A stretch of DNA of 50,068 bases, from positions 2,666,001-2,716,068 of the forward strand of contig OZ374565.1 of the NCBI GenBank assembly GCA_977862235.1, read 5' to 3'. The translations under genes and the position numbers were made by a program. Numbering within the stretch: position 1 is the stretch's first letter; every line of letters begins with the position of its first letter. Source of the stretch: Dudresnaya verticillata. Lineage: Eukaryota. The notes beneath the pieces were generated by a model. It saw only the letters and a list, made by a program, of their open reading frames with translations, was not told the origin of the DNA and made no database searches. This document shows positions 38,981 through 50,068 of the stretch, one piece after another.

Positions 38981-41900
38981 TTCAACTTTATAACAGGTGA
39001 CCATATTCTAATATTTGTCGACGTACAATCTACTGTAGTATCACAACAAAGTTAAACCCCAACTCAAAACAACCTGCACATCTACACCTCCTGTTGGATC
39101 CCTTCCATCAGGCACTTGACGTTGTTCTGCACCAGTCGCGCCGCGTGCCTGTGGAACAGAGCCGCTCGCGAAACACCGCGAGTTACCATGGCCCGAGAAG
39201 CCACGGTATCCGCCAACTCTTGCATATACTTGTGCGCCTCCGGGTGCCAGCCACCTAGTGTGGTCATCGGCACCGGCACAAGCCTTGCCCCCGGTCCGGC
39301 AGCCTGGATGAAGCCACGGTAAGTCCGCACCTTGTCAGCGTGGGCGTTCTTCAGCGTCCCTTGCGGGTTTGTTATGCAGCTGAGAATGCGTTGTTCTGAC
39401 GACAGTGGATGACTGATTGTGACGTCCAGGTAGTCCGTTCCTCCTTCTGTTCCAAGCGCCTTGATGTCCGGCCGATCCAAGTGAGCCCCCACAGGGCGGG
39501 GCTCCACAATCGGGGTGCGTGTCGCACGTTTCAGATCCGAAGCCAGCAGACGAACCTGAGAGTCGTGGCGCCACGACCGAGGAGATCCGCTGTTCCGCAT
39601 GCCGTTCGGACAAATCAGCAGATGGTCGCCGTGAACATCCATCATCTTCTTGCACCCGGCCCGAGGACACTCCGTGTCGGGTTCCAGCAGTGGAATCCGA
39701 CAGTAGAATCGAAGCCATACGCGGTAGTCCCGATCCGCAATGTACGTCTTCATGCCTGGTGCCGGCTGGCACTTGAGCCAGTCCTTGGCGCCCGGCACGC
39801 CAAGGGAAGCTCGGAAAGCTTGCGTCCGCCTGTCCCCGAGCGGCAGCTCGGCTTGCACTTTCTTCAGAACCAACCGCGTCAAGTCCCGCTGGCGCGGGCA
39901 CTCGTCGCTGTCGATCTTCTCCAGGTCCAGAGCATCCTCACTATGGCACTTGGCGCTCCAGTCTTCGTGCGCTTCTACTGCAAAAGGATCGTCAGAAAGA
40001 GCAGTGTTCACAGAAGCGGGTAAGATAGAACGCAGTAAGTTGCGGGTCAGTGAAAGGGACGCCAAAAACGCGCTCGAGTTCATGTCGCCAGCTCCCGAAA
40101 TACCGATTCCGAAGCTGGGCTCTTTCGTGCGCAGGGGAAGCTGAAGTTCGCGGAAGGTGTCCCTCGGTAGGACTCCTCCCACGAGCTTGCGCATGCAAGC
40201 CTCAATCTTCTGGTCGAAGAGCTCGGCGCCCTTTGCCGTGGCGGATGATGGAACTACTCGCAGCAGGTAGTTCAGCCGGCAGACTCCGGCACAGTTGCGG
40301 AGTAGAGTGATGGCCACGTGTAGGTCTTCTAGTCCCGAAATTGCGTCCAGCAGGGGCTGGATGGACTCGACATGGCCATTCACGCTCTCCTCCATGTAGT
40401 TCTGCGTTCCAATCGGAGCCTGAAGTACTGTAGTGCCTTCTCCGTAGCTCTGCCCAAGATCCGACGGGTAGGCAGCGCAGTCTTCTGGGTCGGGTGCAGT
40501 AGGCCACCAAACAGTACACTTGTCCATGCGCAGGTGGAAGCCATAGCCCTTAGCTTCCTCGGAGTCAAAGAAGGACAGAACCTTCCTGAGTACGGCGTGT
40601 TTCGCCACGATGACGCCGTCGTCCAGGTAGAACAGTGACAGCAGCAAGTTGTTCGCCCCCTCCGCTTGCTGATTGCGGCCCGAGCGCCGCAGGTCGGCGG
40701 TGAGTTCCTTCAACTGTTTGATCAGTGCCTGCAGCACCAAAGCAAACAGTAACGGCCCGAGCGGGTCACCTTGCTGTACACCAGTGACACTCCGCAGTAG
40801 AGTGTCACCCATCCACAGGTGCGGGCCCTCAGAGTCATAACAGTATCTGACCCACGGTAGTAGTTCAGGCATATGTCGGCGGACCTCCTTCATGAATGCT
40901 TTGCGGCTGACAAGGTTGAAGGCATTCTTCAAGTCCACTTGTAGCAACCCGTAGGACTTGTCATGGCCGTGAGACTTCTGCAGCTTCCGGACCGCGTGTA
41001 CAATCGCTTCTGTGCCGCCCGAGGTTGCGACCCCGAGCTGAAGCGGTTCGAGGTATGCCTTGGCCTTGGGAGCGACTCTGGTCATGAGCATAGAGCTCAC
41101 GAGTCGTCGGATTGTCTCTCCTACAGCAATGGGGCGGACACCGCCGGTGCGCTTCTTCAGAGCCGTGAGAGGAGCGCTGGCAATCCAAGGCGACAGCTCC
41201 GCAGGTCCTGCACCGTTGGCCAGCACGTTGACCATTTTGGTGAGCCCGCCAAGCAGGCCCGTGTGCTCGTGGGTGGTCGGGACTGAGAGCAGTTCCTGCA
41301 GATGGGTCGGTGATAGTCCTGTGCCCCCCGAGGCCGAAGCCCGGGGGAACTTGGCCACTGCTTTTCGTACTTCGTCGGCTGTGAAAGGCACGAAGTCAGG
41401 GATGGTCGGCAGCGGTTCGGACTGGTCAAGCTCGTGGTCCGCGTCGGTTTGCGGTACGGACTGTGGGTGCTTGTCCTTCATGGACTGTATCACAGAGTCT
41501 GTGGCTGGCGCGATTCCATCAGAGTCTAGAGCTGCTGCTGCCTTACTGTAGGCGCCCTCCTTTGCGAGGCGAAGGGCTCGTGAGGCGTTGATACGGCGTT
41601 GCTCTTCTGCGGAAGGCGCAGTCTGCTCACGGAATGTCGAGCCCTTCAAGGCCTCCTGCCATAGGGCGTCGTAATCCTTGAGTCCCCAGCGGCGGATTCG
41701 ATCGCGGAAGGTGCCGATCGAGGACGCAGAGGTTGACGCGCCGGCCCTTGCACTCGCCGCGGGAGGATTGGACAAGACGGCTGCTGGAAAAAGCAGGAAT
41801 GCAGTGAGCTCTTTGGTGGCTTCCTGAGAGTTGGTTGCGTTCGTAAAAGCCCATACCGTCTTGGACAGTGCGTCGCGCACCTCTGCGCGGACGCGAGACG

Positions 41901-43627
41901 GTATATGTGTGACCATAGGGATATGCGAGCGACAGATATCTTCGACCGCCGGCAGAAGCTGCCCTCCTGGACCCCGCGCAGCGTGTCGGGTTTGCGCAGT
42001 TGGTACCACTTGAGTAGCTGGTACCGGTGCAGGAGGCGGCTCCTGGCTGTCCGGGATTCGTCGCGGGGCTGGCAGGATATCGTCCGCCGGCTCGCCGTCC
42101 TCGGGTTGCGTCTCCGTGACCGCGTCCAGAGCAGGAGTCTGTGATGGCGCGGCTACAGTTTCTTCACGGCTCGGTGTCGTCAATTGGTTGGACGGGACGT
42201 GGGAGAACGCCGGAGTGCGAGTGGCGGGACATGCGCTGCAATTCTTGTACCGCATACTGTACATGCCTTCACTGTTCATGCGGGAGCTACAGTGGGTAGG
42301 CATGTACTTGTTGTGAGTCACACAGTACCATACTCCATAGTCCAGGAGCTGCTGCTTGAGAGGCTCGATGTCGGTCCTCGTCGGTGGTCCTCGCCTGCCA
42401 GGAACATGCATCTTCCGCAGGTGCATGAGTAGCGCTTCTACAGTAGGCAGTGAGGACGACTGGCAGCCCAGAGGACAGCTGGTACTGTTTGTCGGGCGGT
42501 GTTTTGCCGAAGGCATAAAGCATGGAGAGAGCCATACCTTCGGCATGTCGGGGTGCTGCTGACCAATCATGGTTACAGCGCTGGGTAAGGTACCTGTAAA
42601 GGTCCTCTACAGTAGGTTCCCACGGGGCACAGACCTCCTAACCGGGACGCAAGCCTGTCGTCCGTCGTCAGTCTGTTCGGGACACCTCCAGAGGGTGCTA
42701 CAGGTGGCCTTGCTGCGAGATGAAGGCCTCTTCGCAGCGTAGGGCGCGAGATCGCGCAATTTGCGCACGAGCTCGCGCAAAAGGGCGCGCGTGTTAGCGT
42801 TCGTGCGCGCAGACTTATCGGACGTTCCCTTCCCTGCCGCAGCTGAGAAGACTCTCTTCACTGCGGTCCTGTAACGCGCGGTACTTCTCGTTTGCACAAG
42901 CTCTCAATGGGGTCGCAGAACCACCGTTTACCTGTGAGTGCCCACAGGATTTTTGGCCTCCCCCGAAGGTTCGCTGGCAGGACGTTCGCTCGATCTTAGA
43001 AGGGGTGGTTTCAAAACAGGATCCACCAGGCTTAAGCCACGTTACCCCAACTTCGACGTTGCTTGGCACGTTTCTGCGATGAGCTTGTGGGTCACGAGCC
43101 GCCTACCACTCAAGGTCGAGGGTCTTTGGCGATTCCCACACTTGTAGGTCTCTCGGCACTTCCCGAAGGAAGATTTTACAGGACAAGCCTGGCCTTTACC
43201 AATCTGTCAGTTGAAGGGTGTGAAACCCCTCTGTCGACAGTCCACGGCAGCCTAGACAGAGTCTAGGCTGTGCCGGGTACAAGCAAAACGCGTACAGGGC
43301 CAGGGAAAGAAAGATAAGTCAGTGGGGCCCGGGCAAATTTCAAGGTGAGGGATCACCTTAAAAGTAAGCGCAAAATAGGAAACGCGTGACCGTCGGCGAC
43401 GACGGCGGCGGCGACGGCGGCGACGACGACGGCGTCGCGGCGCAGATCGGCGGCGCAAAAAGAGACAAAAGTAGACCGCGCTCGCCCGCCGTCAAAGGTG
43501 AAGGGCTGAAAAACCCCGCACCGACGCGCCGTCGCGCGCTCGAACAGGCGGCACCGCCGCCGAAAAGATCGGTGCAGAACTTGCTGAGAAATCTCCGAAA
43601 CAAAAAATTCGGCAGATCGCGAGCTCA
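38981..43627 (-). mobile_element. Full-length copy 9 (duplicate of copy 6)
   Basis: Same variants and junction as copy 6 (offset 12443); doubled TSD at 43628-43652. Confidence 0.95.
39082..42570 (-). CDS. RT-RLE polyprotein, 1162 aa
   Basis: Same protein as 26639..30127. Confidence 0.95.
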   Translation of the reverse strand: MIGQQHPDMPKVWLSPCFMPSAKHRPTNSTSCPLGCQSSSLPTVEALLMHLRKMHVPGRRGPPTRTDIEPLKQQLLDYGVWYCVTHNKYMPTHCSSRMNSEGMYSMRYKNCSACPATRTPAFSHVPSNQLTTPSREETVAAPSQTPALDAVTETQPEDGEPADDILPAPRRIPDSQEPPPAPVPATQVVPTAQTRHAARGPGGQLLPAVEDICRSHIPMVTHIPSRVRAEVRDALSKTVWAFTNATNSQEATKELTAFLLFPAAVLSNPPAASARAGASTSASSIGTFRDRIRRWGLKDYDALWQEALKGSTFREQTAPSAEEQRRINASRALRLAKEGAYSKAAAALDSDGIAPATDSVIQSMKDKHPQSVPQTDADHELDQSEPLPTIPDFVPFTADEVRKAVAKFPRASASGGTGLSPTHLQELLSVPTTHEHTGLLGGLTKMVNVLANGAGPAELSPWIASAPLTALKKRTGGVRPIAVGETIRRLVSSMLMTRVAPKAKAYLEPLQLGVATSGGTEAIVHAVRKLQKSHGHDKSYGLLQVDLKNAFNLVSRKAFMKEVRRHMPELLPWVRYCYDSEGPHLWMGDTLLRSVTGVQQGDPLGPLLFALVLQALIKQLKELTADLRRSGRNQQAEGANNLLLSLFYLDDGVIVAKHAVLRKVLSFFDSEEAKGYGFHLRMDKCTVWWPTAPDPEDCAAYPSDLGQSYGEGTTVLQAPIGTQNYMEESVNGHVESIQPLLDAISGLEDLHVAITLLRNCAGVCRLNYLLRVVPSSATAKGAELFDQKIEACMRKLVGGVLPRDTFRELQLPLRTKEPSFGIGISGAGDMNSSAFLASLSLTRNLLRSILPASVNTALSDDPFAVEAHEDWSAKCHSEDALDLEKIDSDECPRQRDLTRLVLKKVQAELPLGDRRTQAFRASLGVPGAKDWLKCQPAPGMKTYIADRDYRVWLRFYCRIPLLEPDTECPRAGCKKMMDVHGDHLLICPNGMRNSGSPRSWRHDSQVRLLASDLKRATRTPIVEPRPVGAHLDRPDIKALGTEGGTDYLDVTISHPLSSEQRILSCITNPQGTLKNAHADKVRTYRGFIQAAGPGARLVPVPMTTLGGWHPEAHKYMQELADTVASRAMVTRGVSRAALFHRHAARLVQNNVKCLMEGIQQEV

Positions 43628-43652
43628 GTACTGAGGTGAGTACTGAGGTGAG

Positions 43653-43887
43653 TTCAACTTTATAACAGGTGATCATATTCTAATATTTGTCGACGTACAA
43701 TCTACTGTAGTATCACAACAAAGTTAAACCCCAACTCAAAACAACTTGCACATCTACACCTCCTGTTGGATCCCTTCCATCAGGCACTTGACGTTGTTCT
43801 GCACCAGTCGCGCCGCGTGCCTGTGGAATAGAGCCGCTCGCGAAACACCGCGAGTTACCATGGCCCGAGAAGCCACAGTATCCGCCA
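43653..43887 (-). mobile_element. Copy 10, 5'-truncated (235 bp; duplicate of copy 7)
   Basis: Same truncation point as copy 7; TSD 43888-43900. Confidence 0.9.
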
Positions 43888-43900
43888 GTACTGAGGTGAG

Positions 43901-43950
43901 TTCAACTTTATAACAGGTGATCATATTCTAATATTTGTCGACGTACAATC
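43901..43950 (-). mobile_element. Copy 11, 50-bp 3'-UTR-only insertion
   Basis: TTCAACTTT...GTACAATC, then (A)GTACTGAGGTGAG. Confidence 0.88.
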
Positions 43951-45084
43951 AGTACTGAGGTGAGGGATCACTCTGGAATCGCCAGTGCCGAATGTTTTTA
44001 TTTTTTTGCACCTCATTCCTTCCTCCCCGCCGCCCTCTGCGTACATTGCTGCCTTGCATACCTCTCCCACAGAATCCCCGACCCACTGCCTCTGTACAGC
44101 GTATTCTTTTCACTCGCACTTTTCCCCTTTTCTTGTAAGTGGGAGGGAGTCTGAGAGTGTTTGCAGGTGTCTAGGGGTTGTTTAGGGTTAGGTCTAGGGT
44201 TAGTTTGGTTACTGTGGTACGCGAGGGGCATGATATTGGGAGGGTAAAGGGTCTAGTGTTGGTGCATGGAATGAATCATGGTGGTGGAAGGAATGGATCA
44301 GTGTGGTGGATGAATTGGATTTAGGGACATAGAATTGGATTAGATTTAGTACCCAGAAGATTGGATCAAGGATCACCACAATCGGATCAAGTCTGGTGGC
44401 TGGGGTGAGGGTGGCTTGGACGTTTGTGCTCATAACTTTGGAACGGCTGGGGCTAGGGAGCTGCTCAGTAGCTGAATCGAAGCGTCTCGTTGCTGCGCAT
44501 TGCGTAGCGCTCTTACCCTCCTAAATCGACTTTTTGGCGCGTTTCTATGGTGCAAAACGTCCCCACGGGCCGTCGGCAGCTTTTGAGCAGATCAAATAGG
44601 GGTTTGGGGCATGTATGGTTATGGGTGGGTTTAGGGGTGTTAGGGATGTGTCATTTTAACGCGTTTAGGAGTGTAGGGAGTGGGAATGAAAGTAGTAAGG
44701 ATGAGGAAATGGAAAGGGAAGGATGAGAAAGTATAGTACAATGCAGTAATACAAATCACGGAATGCATCAGGTTGGGATCCAATAAGGGTGGATGGATTG
44801 GATCAACGGAAGTCAAGGCGTTATAGGATTGGATCTAGGGGCTCTGTAAATTAGATTGGGTGCTGGTTTCATTGAACCAAGGGGTCAGAACGTCCATGAG
44901 CTGGTTGACTGTATTTATATTGAATCCTGCGTTTAGAGTAAATGGTATACGGTTATGGGTCATTACTTTAATGCTCCACGTGTACACTACAGTCGGATGG
45001 ACATTGGACGCAGGAGTCTTTAGTCGATGACGGGGAGTGCAGTTGATGGCGCATTTAAATAGGGGTACGGCGGGAACAGCAAGC

Positions 45085-45173
45085 ACATTCGGCCATACTA
45101 CGCAGACATGCTCCGTATCCCATCCCGAACTGCGAAGATAAGTCTCGTCAGGCTGGTTTAGTACTGAGGTGAG
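45085..45173 (+). pseudogene. 5S rRNA 5' part; no 3' half (lost to the telomere)
   Basis: 5S nt 1-89 joined to copy 12. Confidence 0.92.
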
Positions 45174-48100
45174 TTCAACTTTATAACAGGTGATCATATT
45201 CTAATATTTGTCGACGTACAATCTACTGTAGTATCACAACAAAGTTAAACCCCAACTCAAAACAACTTGCACATCTACACCTCCTGTTGGATCCCTTCCA
45301 TCAGGCACTTGACGTTGTTCTGCACCAGTCGCGCCGCGTGCCTGTGGAATAGAGCCGCTCGCGAAACACCGCGAGTTACCATGGCCCGAGAAGCCACAGT
45401 ATCCGCCAACTCTTGCATGTACTTGTGCGCCTCCGGGTGCCAGCCACCTAGTGTGGTCATCGGCACCGGCACAAGTCTTGCCCCCGGTCCGGCAGCCTGG
45501 ATGAAGCCACGGTAAGTCCTCACCTTGTCAGCGTGGGCGTTCTTCAGCGTCCCTTGCGGGTTTGTTATGCAGCTGAGAATGCGTTGTTCTGACGACAGTG
45601 GGTGACTGATTGTGACGTCCAGGTAGTCCGTTCCTCCTTCTGTTCCAAGCGCCTTGATGTCCGGCCGATCCAGGTGAGCCCCCACAGGGCGGGGCTCCAC
45701 AATCGGGGTGCGTGTCGCACGTTTCAGATCCGAAGCCAGCAGACGAACCTGAGAGTCGTGGCGCCACGACCGAGGAGATCCGCTGTTCCGCATGCCGTTC
45801 GGACAAATCAGCAGATGGTCGCCGTGAACATCCATCATCTTCTTGCACCCGGCCCGAGGACACTCCGTGTCGGGTTCCAGCAGTGGAATCCGACAGTAGA
45901 ATCGAAGCCATACGCGGTAGTCCCGATCCGCAATGTACGTCTTCATGCCTGGTGCCGGCTGGCACTTGAGCCAGTCCTTGGCGCCCGGCGCGCCAAGGGA
46001 AGCTCGGAAAGCTTGAGTCCGCCTGTCCCCGAGCGGCAGCTCGGCTTGCACTTTCTTCAGTACCAACCGTGTCAAGTCGCTCTGGCGTGGGCACTCGTCG
46101 CTGTCGATCTTCTCGAGGTCCAGAGCATCCTCACTATGGCACTTGGCGCTCCAGTCTTCGTGCGCTTCTACTGCAAAAGGATCGTCAGAAAGAGCAGTGT
46201 TCACAGAAGTGGGTAAGATAGAACGCAGTAAGTTGCGGGTCAGTGAAAGGGACGCCAAAAACGCGCTCGAGTTCATGTCGCCAGCTCCCGAAATACCGAT
46301 ACCGAAGCTGGGCTCTTTCGTGCGCAGGGGAAGCTGAAGTTCGCGGAAGGTGTCCCTCGGTAGGACGCCTCCCACGAGCTTGCGCATGCAAGCCTCAATC
46401 TTCTGGTCGAAGAGCTCGGCGCCCTTCGCCGTGGCGGATGATGGAACTACTCGCAGCAGGTAGTTCAGCCGGCAGACTCCGGCACAGTTCCGGAGTAGAG
46501 TGATGGCCACGTGTAGGTCTTCTAGTCCCGAAATTGCGTCCAGCAGGGGCTGGATGGACTCGACATGGCCATTCACGCTCTCCTCCATGTAGTTCTGCGT
46601 TCCAATCGGAGCCTGAAGTACTGTAGTGCCTTCTCCGTAGCTCTGCCCAAGATCCGACGGGTAGGCAGCGCAGTCTTCTGGGTCGGGTGCAGTAGGCCAC
46701 CAAACAGTACACTTGTCCATGCGCAGGTGGAAGCCATAGCCCTTAGCTTCCTCGGAGTCAAAGAAGGACAGAACCTTCCTGAGTACGGCGTGTTTCGCCA
46801 CGATGACGCCGTCGTCCAGGTAGAACAGTGACAGCAGCAAGTTGTTCGCCCCCTCCGCTTGCTGATTGCGGCCCGAGCGCCGCAGGTCGGCGGTGAGTTC
46901 CTTCAACTGTTTGATCAGTGCCTGCAGCACCAAAGCAAACAGTAACGGCCCGAGCGGGTCACCTTGCTGTACACCAGTGACACTCCGCAGTAGAGTGTCA
47001 CCCATCCACAGGTGCGGGCCCTCAGAGTCATAACAGTATCTGACCCACGGTAGTAGTTCAGGCATATGTCGGCGGACCTCCTTCATGAATGCTTTGCGGC
47101 TGACAAGGTTGAAGGCATTCTTCAAGTCCACTTGTAGCAACCCGTAGGACTTGTCATGGCCGTGAGACTTCTGCAGCTTCCGGACCGCGTGTACAATCGC
47201 TTCTGTGCCGCCCGAGGTTGCGACCCCGAGCTGAAGCGGTTCGAGGTATGCCTTGGCCTTGGGAGCGACTCTGGTCATGAGCATAGAGCTCACGAGTCGT
47301 CGGATTGTCTCTCCTACAGCAATGGGGCGGACACCGCCGGTGCGCTTCTTCAGAGCCGTGAGAGGAGCGCTGGCAATCCAAGGCGACAGCTCCGCAGGTG
47401 CTGCGCCGCTGGCCAGCACGTTGACCATTTTGGTGAGCCCGCCAAGCAGGCCCGTGTGCTCGTGAGTGGTCGGGACTGAGAGCAGTTCCTGCAGATGGGT
47501 CGGTGATAGTCCTGTGCCCCCCGAGGCCGAAGCCCGGGGGAACTTGGCCACTGCTTTTCGTACTTCGTCGGCTGTGAAAGGCACAAAGTCAGGCATGTTC
47601 GGCAGCGGTTCGGACTGGTCAAGCTCGTGGTCCGCGTCGGTTTGCGGTACGGACTGCGGGTGCTTGTCCTTCATGGACTGTATCACAGAGTCTGTGGCTG
47701 GGGCGATTCCATCAGAGTCTAGAGCTGCTGCGGCCTTACTGTAGGCGCCCTCCTTTGCGAGGCGAAGGGCTCGTGAGGCGTTGATACGGCGTTGCTCTTC
47801 TGCGGAAGGCGCAGTCTGCTCACGGAATGTCGAGCCCTTCAAGGCCTCCTGCCATAGGGCGTCGTAATCCTTGAGTCCCCAGCGGCGGATTCGATCGCGG
47901 AAGGTGCCGATCGAGGACGCAGAGGTTGACGCGCCGGCCCTTGCACTCGCCGCGGGAGGATTGGACAAGACGGCTGCTGGAAAAAGCAGGAATGCAGTGA
48001 GCTCTTTGGTGGCTTCCTGAGAGTTGTTTGCGTTCGTAAAAGCCCATACCGTCTTGGACAGTGCGTCGCGCACCTCTGCGCGGACGCGAGACGGTATATG

Positions 48101-48607
48101 TGTGACCATAGGGATATGCGAGCGACAGATATCTTCGACCGCCGGCAGAAGCTGCCCTCCTGGACCCCGCGCAGCGTGTCGGGTTTGCGCAGTTGGTACC
48201 ACTTGAGTAGCTGGTACCGGTACAGGAGGCGGCTCCTGGCTGTCCGGGATTCGTCGCGGGGCTGGCAGGATATCGTCCGCCGGCTCGCCGTCCTCGGGTT
48301 GCGTCTCCGTGACCGCGTCCAGAGCAGGAGTCTGTGATGGCGCGGCTACAGTTTCTTCACGGCTCGGTGTCGTCAATTGGTTGGACGGGACGTGGGAGAA
48401 CGCCGGAGTGCGAGTGGCAGGACATGCGCTGCAATTCTTGTACCGCATACTGTACATGCCTTCACTGTTCATGCGGGAGCTACAGTGGGTAGGCATGTAC
48501 TTGTTGTGAGTCACACAGTACCATACTCCATAGTCCAGGAGCTGCTGCTTGAGAGGCTCGATGTCGGTCCTCGTCGGTGGTCCTCGCCTGCCAGGAACAT
48601 GCATCTT
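45174..48607 (-). mobile_element. Copy 12, 5'-truncated and capped by the telomere
   Basis: Element sequence stops at ...CATGCATCTT and continues as TAGGGG; no second TSD. Confidence 0.93.
45275..48604 (-). pseudogene. RT-RLE ORF lacking the first 53 aa (C2H2 finger) and the 5' UTR, 1109 aa
   Basis: Open frame from internal Met54; RT and RLE motifs intact. Confidence 0.8.
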
Positions 48608-50068
48608 TAGGGGTTTAGGGGTTTTAGGGGTTTTAGGGGTTTAGGGGTTTAGGGGTTTAGGGGTTTTAGGGGTTTAGGGGTTTTAGGGGTTTTAGGGGTT
48701 TAGGGGTTTAGGGGTTTAGGGGTTTAGGGGTTTAGGGGTTTAGGGGTTTAGGGGTTTTAGGGGTTTAGGGGTTTTAGGGGTTTAGGGGTTTTAGGGGTTT
48801 AGGGGTTTAGGGGTTTAGGGGTTTTAGGGGTTTAGGGGTTTAGGGGTTTAGGGGTTTAGGGGTTTTAGGGGTTTAGGGGTTTTAGGGGTTTTAGGGGTTT
48901 AGGGGTTTAGGGGTTTAGGGGTTTAGGGGTTTAGGGGTTTAGGGGTTTAGGGTTTAGGGGTTTAGGGGTTTTAGGGGTTTAGGGGTTTAGGGGTTTTAGG
49001 GGTTTAGGGGTTTTTAGGGGTTTTAGGGGTTTAGGGTTTTAGGGGTTTAGGGGTTTAGGGGTTTAGGGGTTTAGGGGTTTAGGGGTTTAGGGGTTTTAGG
49101 GGTTTAGGGGTTTTAGGGGTTTTAGGGGTTTTTAGGGGTTTAGGGGTTTAGGGGTTTAGGGGTTTAGGGGTTTAGGGGTTTAGGGGTTTAGGGGTTTAGG
49201 GGTTTAGGGGTTTAGGGGTTTAGGGGTTTAGGGGTTTTAGGGGTTTAGGGGTTTAGGGGTTTAGGGGTTTAGGGGTTTAGGGGTTTAGGGGTTTAGGGGT
49301 TTAGGGGTTTAGGGGTTTAGGGGTTTTAGGGGTTTAGGGGTTTTAGGGGTTTAGGGGTTTAGGGGTTTAGGGGTTTAGGGGTTTAGGGGTTTAGGGGTTT
49401 AGGGGTTTAGGGGTTTTAGGGGTTTTAGGGTTTTAGGGGTTTAGGGGTTTTAGGGGTTTAGGGGTTTAGGGGTTTAGGGGTTTAGGGGTTTAGGGGTTTA
49501 GGGGTTTAGGGGTTTAGGGGTTTAGGGGTTTAGGGGTTTAGGGGTTTAGGGGTTTAGGGGTTTAGGGGTTTAGGGGTTTAGGGGTTTAGGGGTTTAGGGG
49601 TTTAGGGGTTTAGGGGTTTAGGGGTTTAGGGGTTTAGGGGTTTAGGGGTTTAGGGGTTTAGGGGTTTAGGGGTTTAGGGGTTTAGGGGTTTAGGGGTTTA
49701 GGGGTTTAGGGGTTTAGGGGTTTAGGGGTTTAGGGGTTTAGGGGTTTAGGGGTTTAGGGGTTTAGGGGTTTAGGGGTTTAGGGGTTTAGGGGTTTAGGGG
49801 TTTAGGGGTTTAGGGGTTTAGGGGTTTAGGGGTTTAGGGGTTTAGGGGTTTAGGGGTTTAGGGGTTTAGGGGTTTTAGGGGTTTAGGGGTTTTAGGGGTT
49901 TTAGGGGTTTAGGGGTTTTAGGGGTTTAGGGGTTTAGGGGTTTAGGGGTTTTAGGGGTTTTAGGGGTTTAGGGGTTTTAGGGGTTTAGGGGTTTTAGGGG
50001 TTTAGGGGTTTAGGGGTTTAGGGGTTTAGGGTTAGGGGTTTAGGGGTTTAGGGGTTTAGGGGTTTAGG
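48606..50068 (+). repeat. Telomeric repeat (TTTAGGGG)n with TTTTAGGGG variants, ~1.46 kb
   Basis: G-rich strand runs 5'->3' to the end of the window. Confidence 0.95.

Noticed and set aside
2147..45173. Recurrent 13-bp direct repeat resembling CRISPR repeats or att sites
   Set aside because: It is 5S nt 77-89 duplicated as a TSD. The context is eukaryotic and there are no cas or recombinase genes.
139..48610. Hundreds of short ORFs overlapping the element and the spacer
   Set aside because: They are alternative-frame or antisense by-products of GC-rich repeated DNA, many with non-ATG starts and no recognisable motifs. Their recurrence only reflects copy identity.

Overview
This is a eukaryotic chromosome end. 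A 1,209-bp tandem 5S rDNA array (120-nt 5S gene plus 1,089-bp spacer) is heavily invaded by one family of ~4.65-kb site-specific non-LTR retrotransposons. The element has a single 1,162-aa ORF with an N-terminal C2H2 finger, RT (YLDD), a CCHC knuckle and a PD..D..K restriction-like endonuclease, i.e. CRE-clade-like. All 12 insertions are at the same position of the 5S gene (3' end joined after 5S nt 89), antisense to 5S, with a 13-bp duplication GTACTGAGGTGAG. Seven of 12 5S loci are disrupted and 5 are intact. The element's 5' UTR carries an exactly spaced copy of the 5S box A and box C promoter/target motifs. The copies include full-length, 5'-truncated, stacked, twin-primed inverted and template-jump products. 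The last copy is truncated and fused directly to a ~1.46-kb (TTTAGGGG)n telomere. From memory, the 5S sequence resembles florideophyte red-algal 5S (inference, not searched).
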